From an uncultured bacterium (GTDB lineage: Bacteria; Auribacterota; Erginobacteria; Erginobacterales; Erginobacteraceae): a stretch of DNA of 62,163 bases. Shown piece after piece: positions 37,522 through 46,901 of this stretch (position 1 is its first letter; each line of letters begins with the position of its first letter). The stretch is from positions 1 to 62,163 of the forward strand of contig CAWGIE010000018.1 of assembly GCA_963822585.1 (NCBI GenBank), given 5' to 3'. The notes under the pieces are model-generated. The model did no database searches. It was not told where the DNA came from and was given only the letters and a program-made list of their open reading frames with translations. Position numbers and translations under genes: made by a program.

Positions 37522-38107
37522 TTGGCAGAAAACCCTGCAAGAGCAACATGAAAAATACGGTAAGGTTGTTTTTACCGTGACCGAGTTGTCTAACATTTCC
37601 TTGCTGGACGAGAAATCTCTCCAAGTATCGCTTTCCCGGTTGGTAGAACGCGGGATCATGGAGCGCTATACCAAAGGCCGATATGGTCTGGCCGGAGCGG
37701 TCAGGATCGAAGACCTGGTCCTCTCCATCGATTCCGCGGCCTATATCACCGGAATGTATGCTCTCTACCGGCATCAGCTGATTACTCAGATACCGACGGA
37801 GATCTCGTGTTTCACCAATCACAGACATAATCGATCAAGGGTACGGGTCACCCCCCTGGGGCGGATTGTCTTTGTCTGTATTACCGGTTCGATCTATTCA
37901 TACCCTCAGGAAAATGTCGTTGTTTCCCCGGAACAAGCCCTAAGTGATTTTGTTTACCTGTGCCGGAAACGTGGTGTTTCTCCGTCCGATATCGTAACGT
38001 TCCGGAATCTATCCCGCTTGAATTCAGACCTGCTTCAGGTCCGCCTGGAGGGATACCCGACCACTGTGAAGCGCGAGATGAAACAGATCTTGCAGTGGCA
38101 TGAATAA
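37508..38107 (+). CDS. AbiEi-like antitoxin / winged-helix transcriptional regulator
   Basis: wHTH (LSRLVERG..ERYTKGRY), AYITGMYALYRHQLITQIP and SPEQALSDFVY. Confidence 0.75.
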   Translation: MKAIDWQKTLQEQHEKYGKVVFTVTELSNISLLDEKSLQVSLSRLVERGIMERYTKGRYGLAGAVRIEDLVLSIDSAAYITGMYALYRHQLITQIPTEISCFTNHRHNRSRVRVTPLGRIVFVCITGSIYSYPQENVVVSPEQALSDFVYLCRKRGVSPSDIVTFRNLSRLNSDLLQVRLEGYPTTVKREMKQILQWHE

Positions 38108-38127
38108 CAAGAAAAACGACAAAATAG

Positions 38128-38183
38128 TTTGAATAGACGGATTCAGCCGACTCCCAAACTCGCGGCTGATCCAAATGTTAGGT
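38128..38183 (+). other. attC-like site (56 bp)
   Basis: TTTGAAT-AGACGGATTCAGCCGACTC...CTCGCGGCTGATCCAAAT-GTTAGGT, with the next ATG 5 bp downstream. Confidence 0.72.
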
Positions 38184-38188
38184 AAAAA

Positions 38189-38485
38189 ATGGCAGATAGA
38201 TCTAACTCTCCGTCTTCCACCAGATGGTCCCAGCAAGTTACTCAGGAGAGTAACGCGCTTGAGCTGGACAAAGGCGTGTTTACCTGGAAAAGTCCCAAGA
38301 AGATTGCTTTGTCCCTCAAGAAGTCGGCGGATTCCAGCATACGTCGTAAGGCTCCGCCCTTTCGTTCCGCCATGTCGATGCTTGTCTTCTATATCAATCG
38401 TGCCGGCAAGAACCTTGATAAGGAGCAGCTAAGGGTCCTGGAAGAGGCGAAGCATGAGTTGCGCAAACTATATGGGAAAGATTAG
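38189..38485 (+). CDS. DUF3175-family small protein, cassette-like
   Basis: WSQQVTQESNALEL..GVFT, IALSLKKSA and PFRSAMSMLVFYINRAG. Confidence 0.8.
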   Translation: MADRSNSPSSTRWSQQVTQESNALELDKGVFTWKSPKKIALSLKKSADSSIRRKAPPFRSAMSMLVFYINRAGKNLDKEQLRVLEEAKHELRKLYGKD

Positions 38486-38553
38486 TATCGCATGACCTGC
38501 CAACCAACCCAATAAGCTCGACCACTACGGTGGCGGCGGAGGCGCTGCATTTC

Positions 38554-39198
38554 ATGAAAATACTGGCCATCAACGGAAGTTACCACCGGGAGGGATCCAT
38601 CAGCGTCCTGATGGACCAGGTTATTTCCGGCATACGCTCGGTGATCCCGGAAGCGGAGGTGGAAAAGATCAACCTGATCGACCGGCGGATCGAGTACTGC
38701 CGGGGCTGCCTGGTCTGCCGGAACGACGATCCCGATAAGGCGATCGCGACCTGCGTGATCGACGACGATATGGGGGAACTGTGCCGGAAACTGGACCAGG
38801 CCGACGGCTACATCTTCGGAAATCCCGTCTTCATGGGCACCGTGACCGGGATCATGAAGGTCTTCTGCGAGAGGTTCTGCTGGGTTTTGTCCAGACCGGG
38901 CCGCTGGCCGATCCGGGGCTGCCCGACCCCGCGGACCAGAAGGCAAAAGGCGGCCGTCCTCATTTTAAGCACGGGGATCGTCCCTCCCTTTCTGCGGAAA
39001 TACTGCGACGACGCGACTAAATTTTTCCGCGGGTCGCTCCCCTGCATGCTGAACGCGAAGATAGTCGGGACGCTTTACGCGGGAAAGGTGGGGATGGGGC
39101 AACCACGGGCCGACCGCTATTTCTTGAAGGCTGCCGCCCTCGGAAAAAAGCTCGGCCGCCGGATCCGGCGATTATCGGGGCAGGCGGAAAAAACATAA
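38554..39198 (+). CDS. Flavodoxin-family / iron-sulfur flavoprotein (FMN_red)
   Basis: ILAINGS, CRGCLVC...CVIDDDM and GNPVFMG motifs. Confidence 0.88.
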   Translation: MKILAINGSYHREGSISVLMDQVISGIRSVIPEAEVEKINLIDRRIEYCRGCLVCRNDDPDKAIATCVIDDDMGELCRKLDQADGYIFGNPVFMGTVTGIMKVFCERFCWVLSRPGRWPIRGCPTPRTRRQKAAVLILSTGIVPPFLRKYCDDATKFFRGSLPCMLNAKIVGTLYAGKVGMGQPRADRYFLKAAALGKKLGRRIRRLSGQAEKT

Positions 39199-39391
39199 GA
39201 TCAGGCCCCGGCGGCGGTTAGAAGTTACTCTCTTCCGGGCGGATCAACGGTCCATACGTCAATCGCATCGTTCAAGATACTATTCCAGCTTTGCCGCGCC
39301 ACCCGACTCCGGACCGATTTCCCGCATGTCATGGCGGCCCGGAATTCTCGGATCCTCGAAAGAGCTCAGGCAGCCGCCGGCAACCAATACC

Positions 39392-39420
39392 TTGACAGCA
39401 TTCTGCCGAAAAGTTACTAT
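39392..39420 (+). promoter_or_regulatory. Near-consensus sigma70 promoter for the tusA-yeeE genes
   Basis: TTGACA (39392-39397), 17-bp spacer, TACTAT (39415-39420). Confidence 0.7.
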
Positions 39421-39563
39421 GATGGCGGCTGTTTGTTGAATGTTCTTGCTTTGTGGCTCCTCACAATAATCGCGGATTAAGTCACGAAGCAAGCTACTTC
39501 ATGTTTTGCGGACTTCTCGGCCCCCTTCGTTTCTCCGGAGAAGATCTTCCGCGAAAAACAATC

Positions 39564-39800
39564 ATGGAAACAAAAGCGATCGAACTGCTGGGGAAGAACT
39601 GCCCGTTCCCGGTGATGCACATCATCCGGGAAGTGGACCTGATGCGGGCAGGAGAAAAACTCCGCTTCCTGGTAGACGACCCCCTGGCGATCAAGTCGGT
39701 CCCGGAAGAGTTGGAGGAGTACCGGGACATCGTCTACTCGATCAGCCCGCGGGGCCGCTACTGGGAGATCGTCATCTTCAAGACCGAGGGAAAGGAATAG
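39564..39800 (+). CDS. TusA/YeeD-family sulfur carrier
   Basis: GKNCPFPV (CPxP) and LVDDP motifs; 78 aa from the ATG at 39564. Confidence 0.88.
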   Translation: METKAIELLGKNCPFPVMHIIREVDLMRAGEKLRFLVDDPLAIKSVPEELEEYRDIVYSISPRGRYWEIVIFKTEGKE

Positions 39801-39837
39801 CCCGGCGGACTGATTAGCCCCCGCAAGGAGAAAAACC

Positions 39838-40269
39838 ATGGCGCCGCCGAAGACATTCAACAAGCCATTGCTGTTCGTCGGCGGCTTTGCCGTTCTCAAC
39901 GTCGCCATGTATCTCCTCATCCACCGGTTCTGGATCGGGGGAAGCAGCTTCCTCCCCATGATCGGGATCGCCGGGCCCGGCAACAAGTTCCTCTTCGCCT
40001 TCATCGTCAACCTGGGGGTAATCGCCGGATCGCTGGTCGGCGCCCTCTCCAGCGGCGAGTTCCGCTTTCGTCTCCCCCGTTCCGGCAGCATCCCCAAGGC
40101 GGTGCTGGGAGGCATCTTGATCGGGATCGGCGTCACCCTGGCCCCGGGGACCTGCACCACCTGCTTCGTGACCGGGATCCCGATGCTCTCCGTCTCCTCT
40201 TTCCTCTCCGCCGCCGGGATCTTCATCGGCGCGTACATCGTTTACCGCATTACCTGGAGTCAATCATGA
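39838..40269 (+). CDS. YeeE/YedE-family sulfur transporter, half-size
   Basis: GALSSGEFRF and GGILIGIGVTLAPGTCT motifs; four TM segments. Confidence 0.8.
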   Translation: MAPPKTFNKPLLFVGGFAVLNVAMYLLIHRFWIGGSSFLPMIGIAGPGNKFLFAFIVNLGVIAGSLVGALSSGEFRFRLPRSGSIPKAVLGGILIGIGVTLAPGTCTTCFVTGIPMLSVSSFLSAAGIFIGAYIVYRITWSQS

Positions 40270-40803
40270 GCTTTCCGGCGCTGGCGGCGGTCGGGTTCCT
40301 CTTCGGCAGCGGCCTTGGGGTACTTCGTACAGAGGTCCGGGCTCTGTTTCGCCCACGGATTGGGGGAGATCTTCATCGGGAAAGGGAAACGGATATCGCG
40401 GATGTTTGTCGTCATCTTCATCATCACTTCGGCCGGTTTCCTGCTTTCCGGCTATGTCTCCCCCGAACTGGGGCTGAAGCCGGTCGGGCAGATCAGGGGT
40501 GCCGGCTTTTACAATCTTCTCTCCGGCATGTTCTTCGGGGGAGGCATCTTTTTATGCGGCGGGTGTATCCTGGGGACCCTGCGACGAATCGGGGAGGGGA
40601 ACACGACTTTTCTGATCGTCTTCATCTCCTTCATCCCCGGGATGGCCCTGGTCGTCTACGGCCTGGATCCGCTGCTCAGAGCCAACTATAACGTACAGCA
40701 AATACTCTTACCGGAGCTGCTGGGGGTCGGCGCCCCCTTCGTCACCGGCGTTCTGATCGTGGGAGCGGCGATCTGGTTCCGCGCGCTTAGGCGGCGACGC
40801 TGA
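40266..40803 (+). CDS. YeeE/YedE-family sulfur transporter, half-size (frameshift near 40310-40320)
   Basis: GFLFG / GYFVQRSGLCF and GMFFGGGIFLCGGCILG motifs; ATGA overlap with the previous gene. Confidence 0.8.
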
Positions 40804-40857
40804 TTTATTTTTATACGGAACTACGTTTTTCTAAATTAGCGCCGGAGGCGCTAATTT

Positions 40858-43800
40858 ATGGTAGATAAAAAAGCACATCTGCAGGCCGAGGAACACTCCC
40901 ATCAGGTCTTCGAGGAAAGAAACCGGGCCTTCCGGGTTCTCTTCGACACCGTAATGGAAGTCGAGGGGGCGAGCGACGAAGATATTTTCGCCATCCTCTG
41001 CCGCAACCTGATCAAGCTGTGCGAGGGAAAAGCGGCCGCCTTCGCCAGCTACGATCCCGTCAAGGGAACCATGACCCTGGAATGCGCCTGCCGGCAGCCA
41101 AGTCCGGGAGAACCCTCTCTCATCGAGCAGCCGGGGATCTCGGTGACGGTAAAGGGAAAAACCGTCGCCGCCTTCCGGGAAAAACAGGTTCAGCAGTGCG
41201 ACCCCCATCGCGATTGCCTGGTGGATATCTTCTCCGAGACGGCCCTCGACGAATTTCATCTTGAGGAGGAACGAAACTGCTATCGTCTCTCCTGCGTCCG
41301 GGGCGGCGAACTGATCGCCGGAGGCATGGTCCAGCTGGCTCCGGGCAGCCGTCTGAAGATGAAAGACATGGTCGATACCTACCTGAATCTGGCGGGGCTG
41401 ATCATCCAGCGGATACAGATCAACCGGTCCCTCCAGGAAAGCGAAGAGCGCTACCGAGGGGTGGTGGAGGACCAGACCGAGTTCGTCTGCCGCTTCGGGC
41501 CGGACCTGAAGATCACCTTCTTAAACCGGGCCCTCTGTAAACTGACCGGGCAGACAGCGGAAGAACTGTTCGGGAAACCGATCATCCAGTTTATCGAAAA
41601 ATCCCAGCACTCAGCATTCCTTAAACAGCTCCAGGCGCTCTCCCCCGCCTCCCCGACCATGAGCATGGAGCAGACCGCGATTCTGCCGGACGGCACCCGC
41701 CGCTGGATCCAATGGGTCAACCGGGCCATCTTCGACGATAAAGGCAACCTCATCGAATATCAGGGCGTGGGCAGGGATATCACCGACCGCCAGCGGGCGC
41801 AGGAGGCACTCCAGGAGAGCGAAATCAGGCTGAAGCTCCTTCTTCGATTCGATGCAGCCCGGGATACTCCTGATCGATGCCGAAACTCGCCGGATCGCCG
41901 ACATCAATTCCAGCGGCGCCCGGATGATCGGACTTCCCCGGGATAAGATCATCGGTTGCGTCTGTCACCGCTTTGTCTGCCCGGGGGAGGAAGGGAACTG
42001 CCCGATCACCGACCAGGGGAAGGAGATCGACCGGGAAGAAAGGATCCTTCTCGACCGGGAGGGAAGCGAGGTCCCGATCCTGAAGACAGTCACCTCCATT
42101 ACCATCAAGGGGCGGCATCACCTCCTGGAAAGTTTCATTGACATCACCGATCTCAAGCAGGCCCGGGAAGCGCTCGGACAATCGGAAAGAGAAAAGGCGA
42201 TTATCCTGGACAGTTTGGACGAGATGGTCGTTTTTCAGGACCGGGAAATGCGTCTGATCTGGGGCAACCGGGCCGCCGCCGAGTCGGTGGGGATGGAGCA
42301 AGCGCAGATTCAAGGGCGACGCTGCTATGAAGTGTGGCATCAACGTGCCGCCCCGTGTGAGATCTGCCCCGTCTTGGAAGCAACAAAGACCGGATCACCG
42401 CGGGAATCAGAGGTTGTCTCCCCCGACGGCAGGGTATGGTTTATCCGGGGATACCCGGTCAGCGACGAAAAAGGCAACATCATCGGGGCGGTCGAGATCA
42501 CGCAGAACATCACCGGGCGCAAGCGGGCCGAGGAGGCCCTGCTCCGTCATTCCCTGGTCTATCGGTCGATGCAGGAGGCGGTCCTGATCTTCGATCCCGA
42601 GGATAGAATCATCGATATCAATCCGGCTACTGAGAAGATGTTCGGCTGGTCGCGAGATGAACTGATGGGCCGGAAAGCCGACTGCCTCAATCCCTCGGAC
42701 CGTGTCGGCGAGATCGCTTCCGTGATCAGGCAGGGCCTGGATAAGAACGGGGTCTGGGAGGGAGAAATCCCCATTATCACCAAGGGCGGAGAGCCCCGGA
42801 TCATGTCCACCATTGTCAGCAGCATATACGACCGGGCCGGGGCATGGATCGGGAATGTCGGGATCAACCGCGATATCACCCAGCGCAAGCGGATCGAGGA
42901 AGCGCTTCAGGAATCGGAACGGCAGCACCGGGCGGTGGTGGAGAACGCCAATGAAGCCATCGTGGTCGCGCAGGACGGTCTGATCCAATTCTTCAACCCC
43001 AAGACCGTCGAGATGACCGGGTACTCCCCCGTGGAACTGAACCTGATCCCGGTGACCGACCTGGTTCATCCCGAGGACCGGGAAATGGTTTCCGGCCGCC
43101 ATCAGAGACGAATCAAAGGGGAGAAAGTTACCCCCGTTTATTCATTCCGGCTCGTCACCAGAGACGGCCGGACCAGGTGGGTCGAGATCAACGCCGTCCT
43201 CTTTGACTGGGAGGGGAGACCGGCCACCCTTAATTTTCTCAGCGACATCACCGAACGCAAAGAAGCCACCGAGGCGCTCCGGGAAAGCCGGGAGCGTTTC
43301 CGGGTCGCCGCCGAGTGCGCCAGCGACCTGATCTACGAATGGGACTTCGCCAGCGACACGCTGGAATGGTACGGCGACATCGACCGGGCGCTGGGCTATG
43401 ACCCGGGGGGGTTTCCCCGGACACTCGACGGGTGGCTCTCGGCCATCCATCCCGACGATCTTCCCCGGATGGAGGAAGCGGTCCGGAAACAGAGAGAGGG
43501 CAGCCGATCCGTGCATACCGAGTACCGGATACGCGGCCGGGATGGAGACTGGCTCCAGTGGATCGACCGGGGCACGGTGATTCTCGACAAGAACGGGAAG
43601 CCGGTCAGGATGATCGGGGTCTGCACCGACGTCACCCTCCGCCGGCGACTGGAAGGAGAGGTGTTGAAAACGCAGAAGCTCGAGTCACTGGGTGTTCTGG
43701 CCGGGGGGATTGCCCATGATTTCAACAACCTCCTGATGTCGATCATGGGCAACATCTCCCTCGCCAAACTGAGCCTCCCCGAGGACACGGATATCGGCGC

Positions 43801-44791
43801 CACACTCGGCGAAGCGGAAGCCTCCTGCATGCAGGCCAAGAACCTGACCCAGCAGCTTCTCACCTTTTCCCGGGGCGGTCTCCCGATCAAGAAAACCATC
43901 TTCATCTCCGACCTTATCCGGGAGTCGACCAAGATGGCCCTCAGCGGTTCCAACAGCAAAGCGGTATTTTCGATCGCGGACGACCTCCGGCCGGTAGAAG
44001 CCGATTCCGGCCAGATGCATCAGGTGATCAACAACCTGATCATCAATGCCGTCCAGGCGATGCCGGGAGGCGGTTTGGTCGAGATTGGAGCGAAAAATAT
44101 CTCCGTTACGGATGAAACGGGATTGCCCCTGAAGGAAGGAAGCTACGTCCGGCTTTCCGTCAGGGACCACGGCATGGGCATACCGGATAAATATATCGAT
44201 AATATCTTCGACCCCTATTTCACCACCAAGAAACAGGGAAGCGGTTTGGGACTGGCCACGGTCTATTCCATTACCAAGAATCACGAGGGGTTGATCACCG
44301 TTGATTCCGATCCGGATTCGGGAACGGTTTTTACTTTGTACCTTCCCGCTTCCGGCCGGGAACCGGAACCGACAGCTCACCGGGAGCAGCAGATCGTCAG
44401 GGAGGGGAGGAAAATTCTTTTAATGGATGATGACGACAGCGTCCGGACGGTTTGCCGCCAGATGCTGGAAAATCTCGGCTATGAAATCGAAACCGCCCGG
44501 GACGGAAAGGAGGCGGTAAAGACGTTCCGGCGGGCGAAGAAGGACGACCGGCCATTCAGCTGCGCCATCCTGGACCTGACCGTCAAGGACGGCATGGGGG
44601 GAAAAGAGACGGCCGGGGAACTGAAAAAGATTGATCCCGGGATCAGGATCGTTGTCACCAGTGGTTACTCGACCGACGCGATCATGGCCGAGCACGAGAA
44701 ACACGGATTCCACGGGGTCATCGTCAAGCCGTACAACGTCAAAGATCTGAGCGCGGTTCTGTCCCGGGTAATGAACGACGGGGATGGATAA
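40858..44791 (+). CDS. Multi-PAS hybrid sensor histidine kinase with receiver domain (frameshift near 41840)
   Basis: About six PAS/PAC units (DIT-R-K), LAGGIAHDFNNLL H-box, FDPYFTTK..GSGLGL, and receiver (LMDDD, DLT, KPY). The two ORFs join as KLL/FDSMQPG. Confidence 0.9.
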
Positions 44792-44840
44792 GAACTAACG
44801 GGGCCCGTATCGAATGGCATCGGTGTCACGTTCCGGAAAT

Positions 44841-44899
44841 GAATTCTAAAAATCAGGCTCTCTTCCCCGACGGGGAAGAGAGCCTGATTTTTAGAATTC
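44841..44899. terminator. Very long perfect hairpin / bidirectional terminator overlapping the gcvPB stop
   Basis: 29-bp arms GAATTCTAAAAATCAGGCTCTCTTCCCCG-A-CGGGGAAGAGAGCCTGATTTTTAGAATTC between convergent genes. Confidence 0.8.
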
Positions 44900-46387
44900 G
44901 ATGTCTTCCTTCCGGTAGGTCAGCTCCCCTTTCAGACGCAACTCATCATCGTAATGAAGGATCGGGCGCCGGGCGGCCAGAACGTCGTCAGGCCGGCTGA
45001 TCCGGGTGGTGTGGGGAGCGTTCCGGACCAGTTCCGGATCGCTCCGGGCTTCTCCCGAGATCGCGATCATGGCCGCGATGAAATCGTCCAGCACTTCTTT
45101 CCCCTCCGACTCGCAGGGTTCCACCATGATCGTCTCCTCGGCATGGGGTTTGAAGTGGGGGAAGTAAATGGTGGGAGGATAATAGCCGTAGTCCATGAGC
45201 CGCTTGGCGATGTCCAGCGTCTTGATCCCGTACTGCTTGTAATCGCGGCCGGTCAACACGCACTCATGGGCGCAAAAACCATCATAGGAGGGACGGAAAC
45301 GGTCCTTTAATTTTGCCAGAACATAGTTGGCGTTGATGACGGCCGCCTCCGAGGCCTCCCGCAGCCCCGCGGCCCCCAGGGAGAGGATCCAGGCATAGGC
45401 TTTGACCAGGACCGAGAAATTGCAGAAGAACGCCCGCACCATCCCGATGCTTTTTTCTCCCGGGTCGCGGAGCCGGTATTTCTCGCCGTCAAAGACAACC
45501 ACCGGCGAGGGGAGATAGGGCCAGAGAAACTTTTTTACCCCCACCGGACCGGCCCCGGGACCGCCGCCGCCGTGCGGGGTGGCAAACGTCTTGTGAAGGT
45601 TCAGGTGCACCACGTCGAATCCGGTGTCGCCCGGACGGAGAATGCCCAGGGTGGCGTTGAGATTGGCGCCGTCATAATAGAGCAGGCCGCCCTTTTCGTG
45701 CACTATCCGGGCGATCTCGTCGATCCGCCCGTCGAACAACCCCACGGTGTTGGGATTGGTCAGCATCAACCCGGCGGTATCCTCATCCATCGCCCGCTTC
45801 AATTCTTCGATATCGACGGTCCCCGCCGGGCTCGACTTCAGTTCCACGATCCGGAACCCGGCCATCGCGGAAGAGGCGGGATTGGTTCCATGAGCGGAAT
45901 CCGGAACCAGCATCTTCTCCCTTTTCTCTCCCCGGTCCTCAAAATACTTCCGGATGATCAAAACGCCGGTCAGTTCCCCGTGGGCGCCGGCGGCCGGCGC
46001 CAGGGTGAAGGCGTCCATCCCGGTTATCCGGCAGAGAAGCGCGCTCAACTCGTACATGATCCGCAGGCATCCCTGCACGGAGTCCGCCGGGGCGAAGGGA
46101 TGGGCAAGCCGGAAATTGTCCAGCGCGGCCAACTGTTCGTTCACCTTGGGATTATACTTCATCGTGCAGGAACCAAGGGGGTAGAGTCCGTCCTCGATCC
46201 CGTAATTGAACTTGGAAAGCCGGGTGAAATGGCGGACGACGTCAAACTCCGACACTTCCACCAGGTCTCTCTTCTCCCCCCGGGCCTGTTCGGGAATACA
46301 CTTCTCCAGGGGAACGTCCTCGAATCGGTCGACCGGGAGCGAGTACCCTTCCCGGCCCGGCACGCTCTTTTCAAATATCAATTTCAA
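44891..46387 (-). CDS. gcvPB: Glycine dehydrogenase (decarboxylating) subunit 2
   Basis: YPLGSCTMKYNP, PAAGAHGE, SAHGTNPAS and HLNLHKTFATPHGGGGPG motifs. Confidence 0.96.
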   Translation of the reverse strand: MKLIFEKSVPGREGYSLPVDRFEDVPLEKCIPEQARGEKRDLVEVSEFDVVRHFTRLSKFNYGIEDGLYPLGSCTMKYNPKVNEQLAALDNFRLAHPFAPADSVQGCLRIMYELSALLCRITGMDAFTLAPAAGAHGELTGVLIIRKYFEDRGEKREKMLVPDSAHGTNPASSAMAGFRIVELKSSPAGTVDIEELKRAMDEDTAGLMLTNPNTVGLFDGRIDEIARIVHEKGGLLYYDGANLNATLGILRPGDTGFDVVHLNLHKTFATPHGGGGPGAGPVGVKKFLWPYLPSPVVVFDGEKYRLRDPGEKSIGMVRAFFCNFSVLVKAYAWILSLGAAGLREASEAAVINANYVLAKLKDRFRPSYDGFCAHECVLTGRDYKQYGIKTLDIAKRLMDYGYYPPTIYFPHFKPHAEETIMVEPCESEGKEVLDDFIAAMIAISGEARSDPELVRNAPHTTRISRPDDVLAARRPILHYDDELRLKGELTYRKEDIEF

Positions 46388-46432
46388 CTCATCACCTGGG
46401 TAACCCTTTTATCTTCAATCTCCCGCCTTTTC

Positions 46433-46900
46433 TAAACCGCGGATTATGCGGATTGGGCGGATTAAATTTTTAATTAAAATATTTTTCGCAGATAATTCGC
46501 TTCCATTTCAAACTTAATTCACCGAAGTTGATAATAAGGCCGACTTTCAATCGTGTTGCCTTTAAATAATTAAATAACTGAGCCTGGTCAATTTCGACAA
46601 TTCCTTTAGTCGCTTTGGTATCAACAATGATCTTTTCTTCGACGATTAAGTCGGCTCTATACTTAGGCTTTAAGATAATTCCTTTATATGGAACATTAAG
46701 TTCTTGTTGCCGCTGGTAGCTTAAGCCGATCCTGTCCAATTCAATACACAGCGCCTCTTCATACACGGCTTCGAGAAAGCCCGGGCCCAATACCTTATGA
46801 ACCTCCATGGCCGCTCCGATGATTTTTTCCGTTATATCTTTATACAGGAGTTCCTGATCCATCTTCTTTAATCAGCTTAATCCGTTTAATCCGCGGTTTA
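46433..46900. mobile_element. Putative GxxExxY-carrying element bounded by 34-bp inverted repeats
   Basis: Left arm TAAACCGCGGATTATGCGGATTGGGCGGATTAAA (46433-46466) matches the reverse complement of 46867-46900 at 29/34. The interior is AT-rich and is a single gene. Confidence 0.6.
46470..46862 (-). CDS. GxxExxY protein (PD-(D/E)XK-like fold)
   Basis: EVHKVLGPGFLEAVYEEAL, YRADLIVE, DTKA and AQLFNYLKAT..VGLIINFG. Confidence 0.95.
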   Translation of the reverse strand: MDQELLYKDITEKIIGAAMEVHKVLGPGFLEAVYEEALCIELDRIGLSYQRQQELNVPYKGIILKPKYRADLIVEEKIIVDTKATKGIVEIDQAQLFNYLKATRLKVGLIINFGELSLKWKRIICEKYFN

Positions 46901-46901
46901 T

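Noticed and set aside
39419..39469. Tiny selenocysteine-containing leader peptide (TGT-TGA in frame) upstream of tusA
   Set aside because: The ATG overlaps the predicted -10 box, there is no RBS and no recognisable SECIS hairpin; likely chance.
40858..41946. Separate PAS protein upstream of the kinase
   Set aside because: The sequence continues seamlessly into the next PAS after a 1-bp shift near 41840, and the ORF tail beyond that point is not protein-like.
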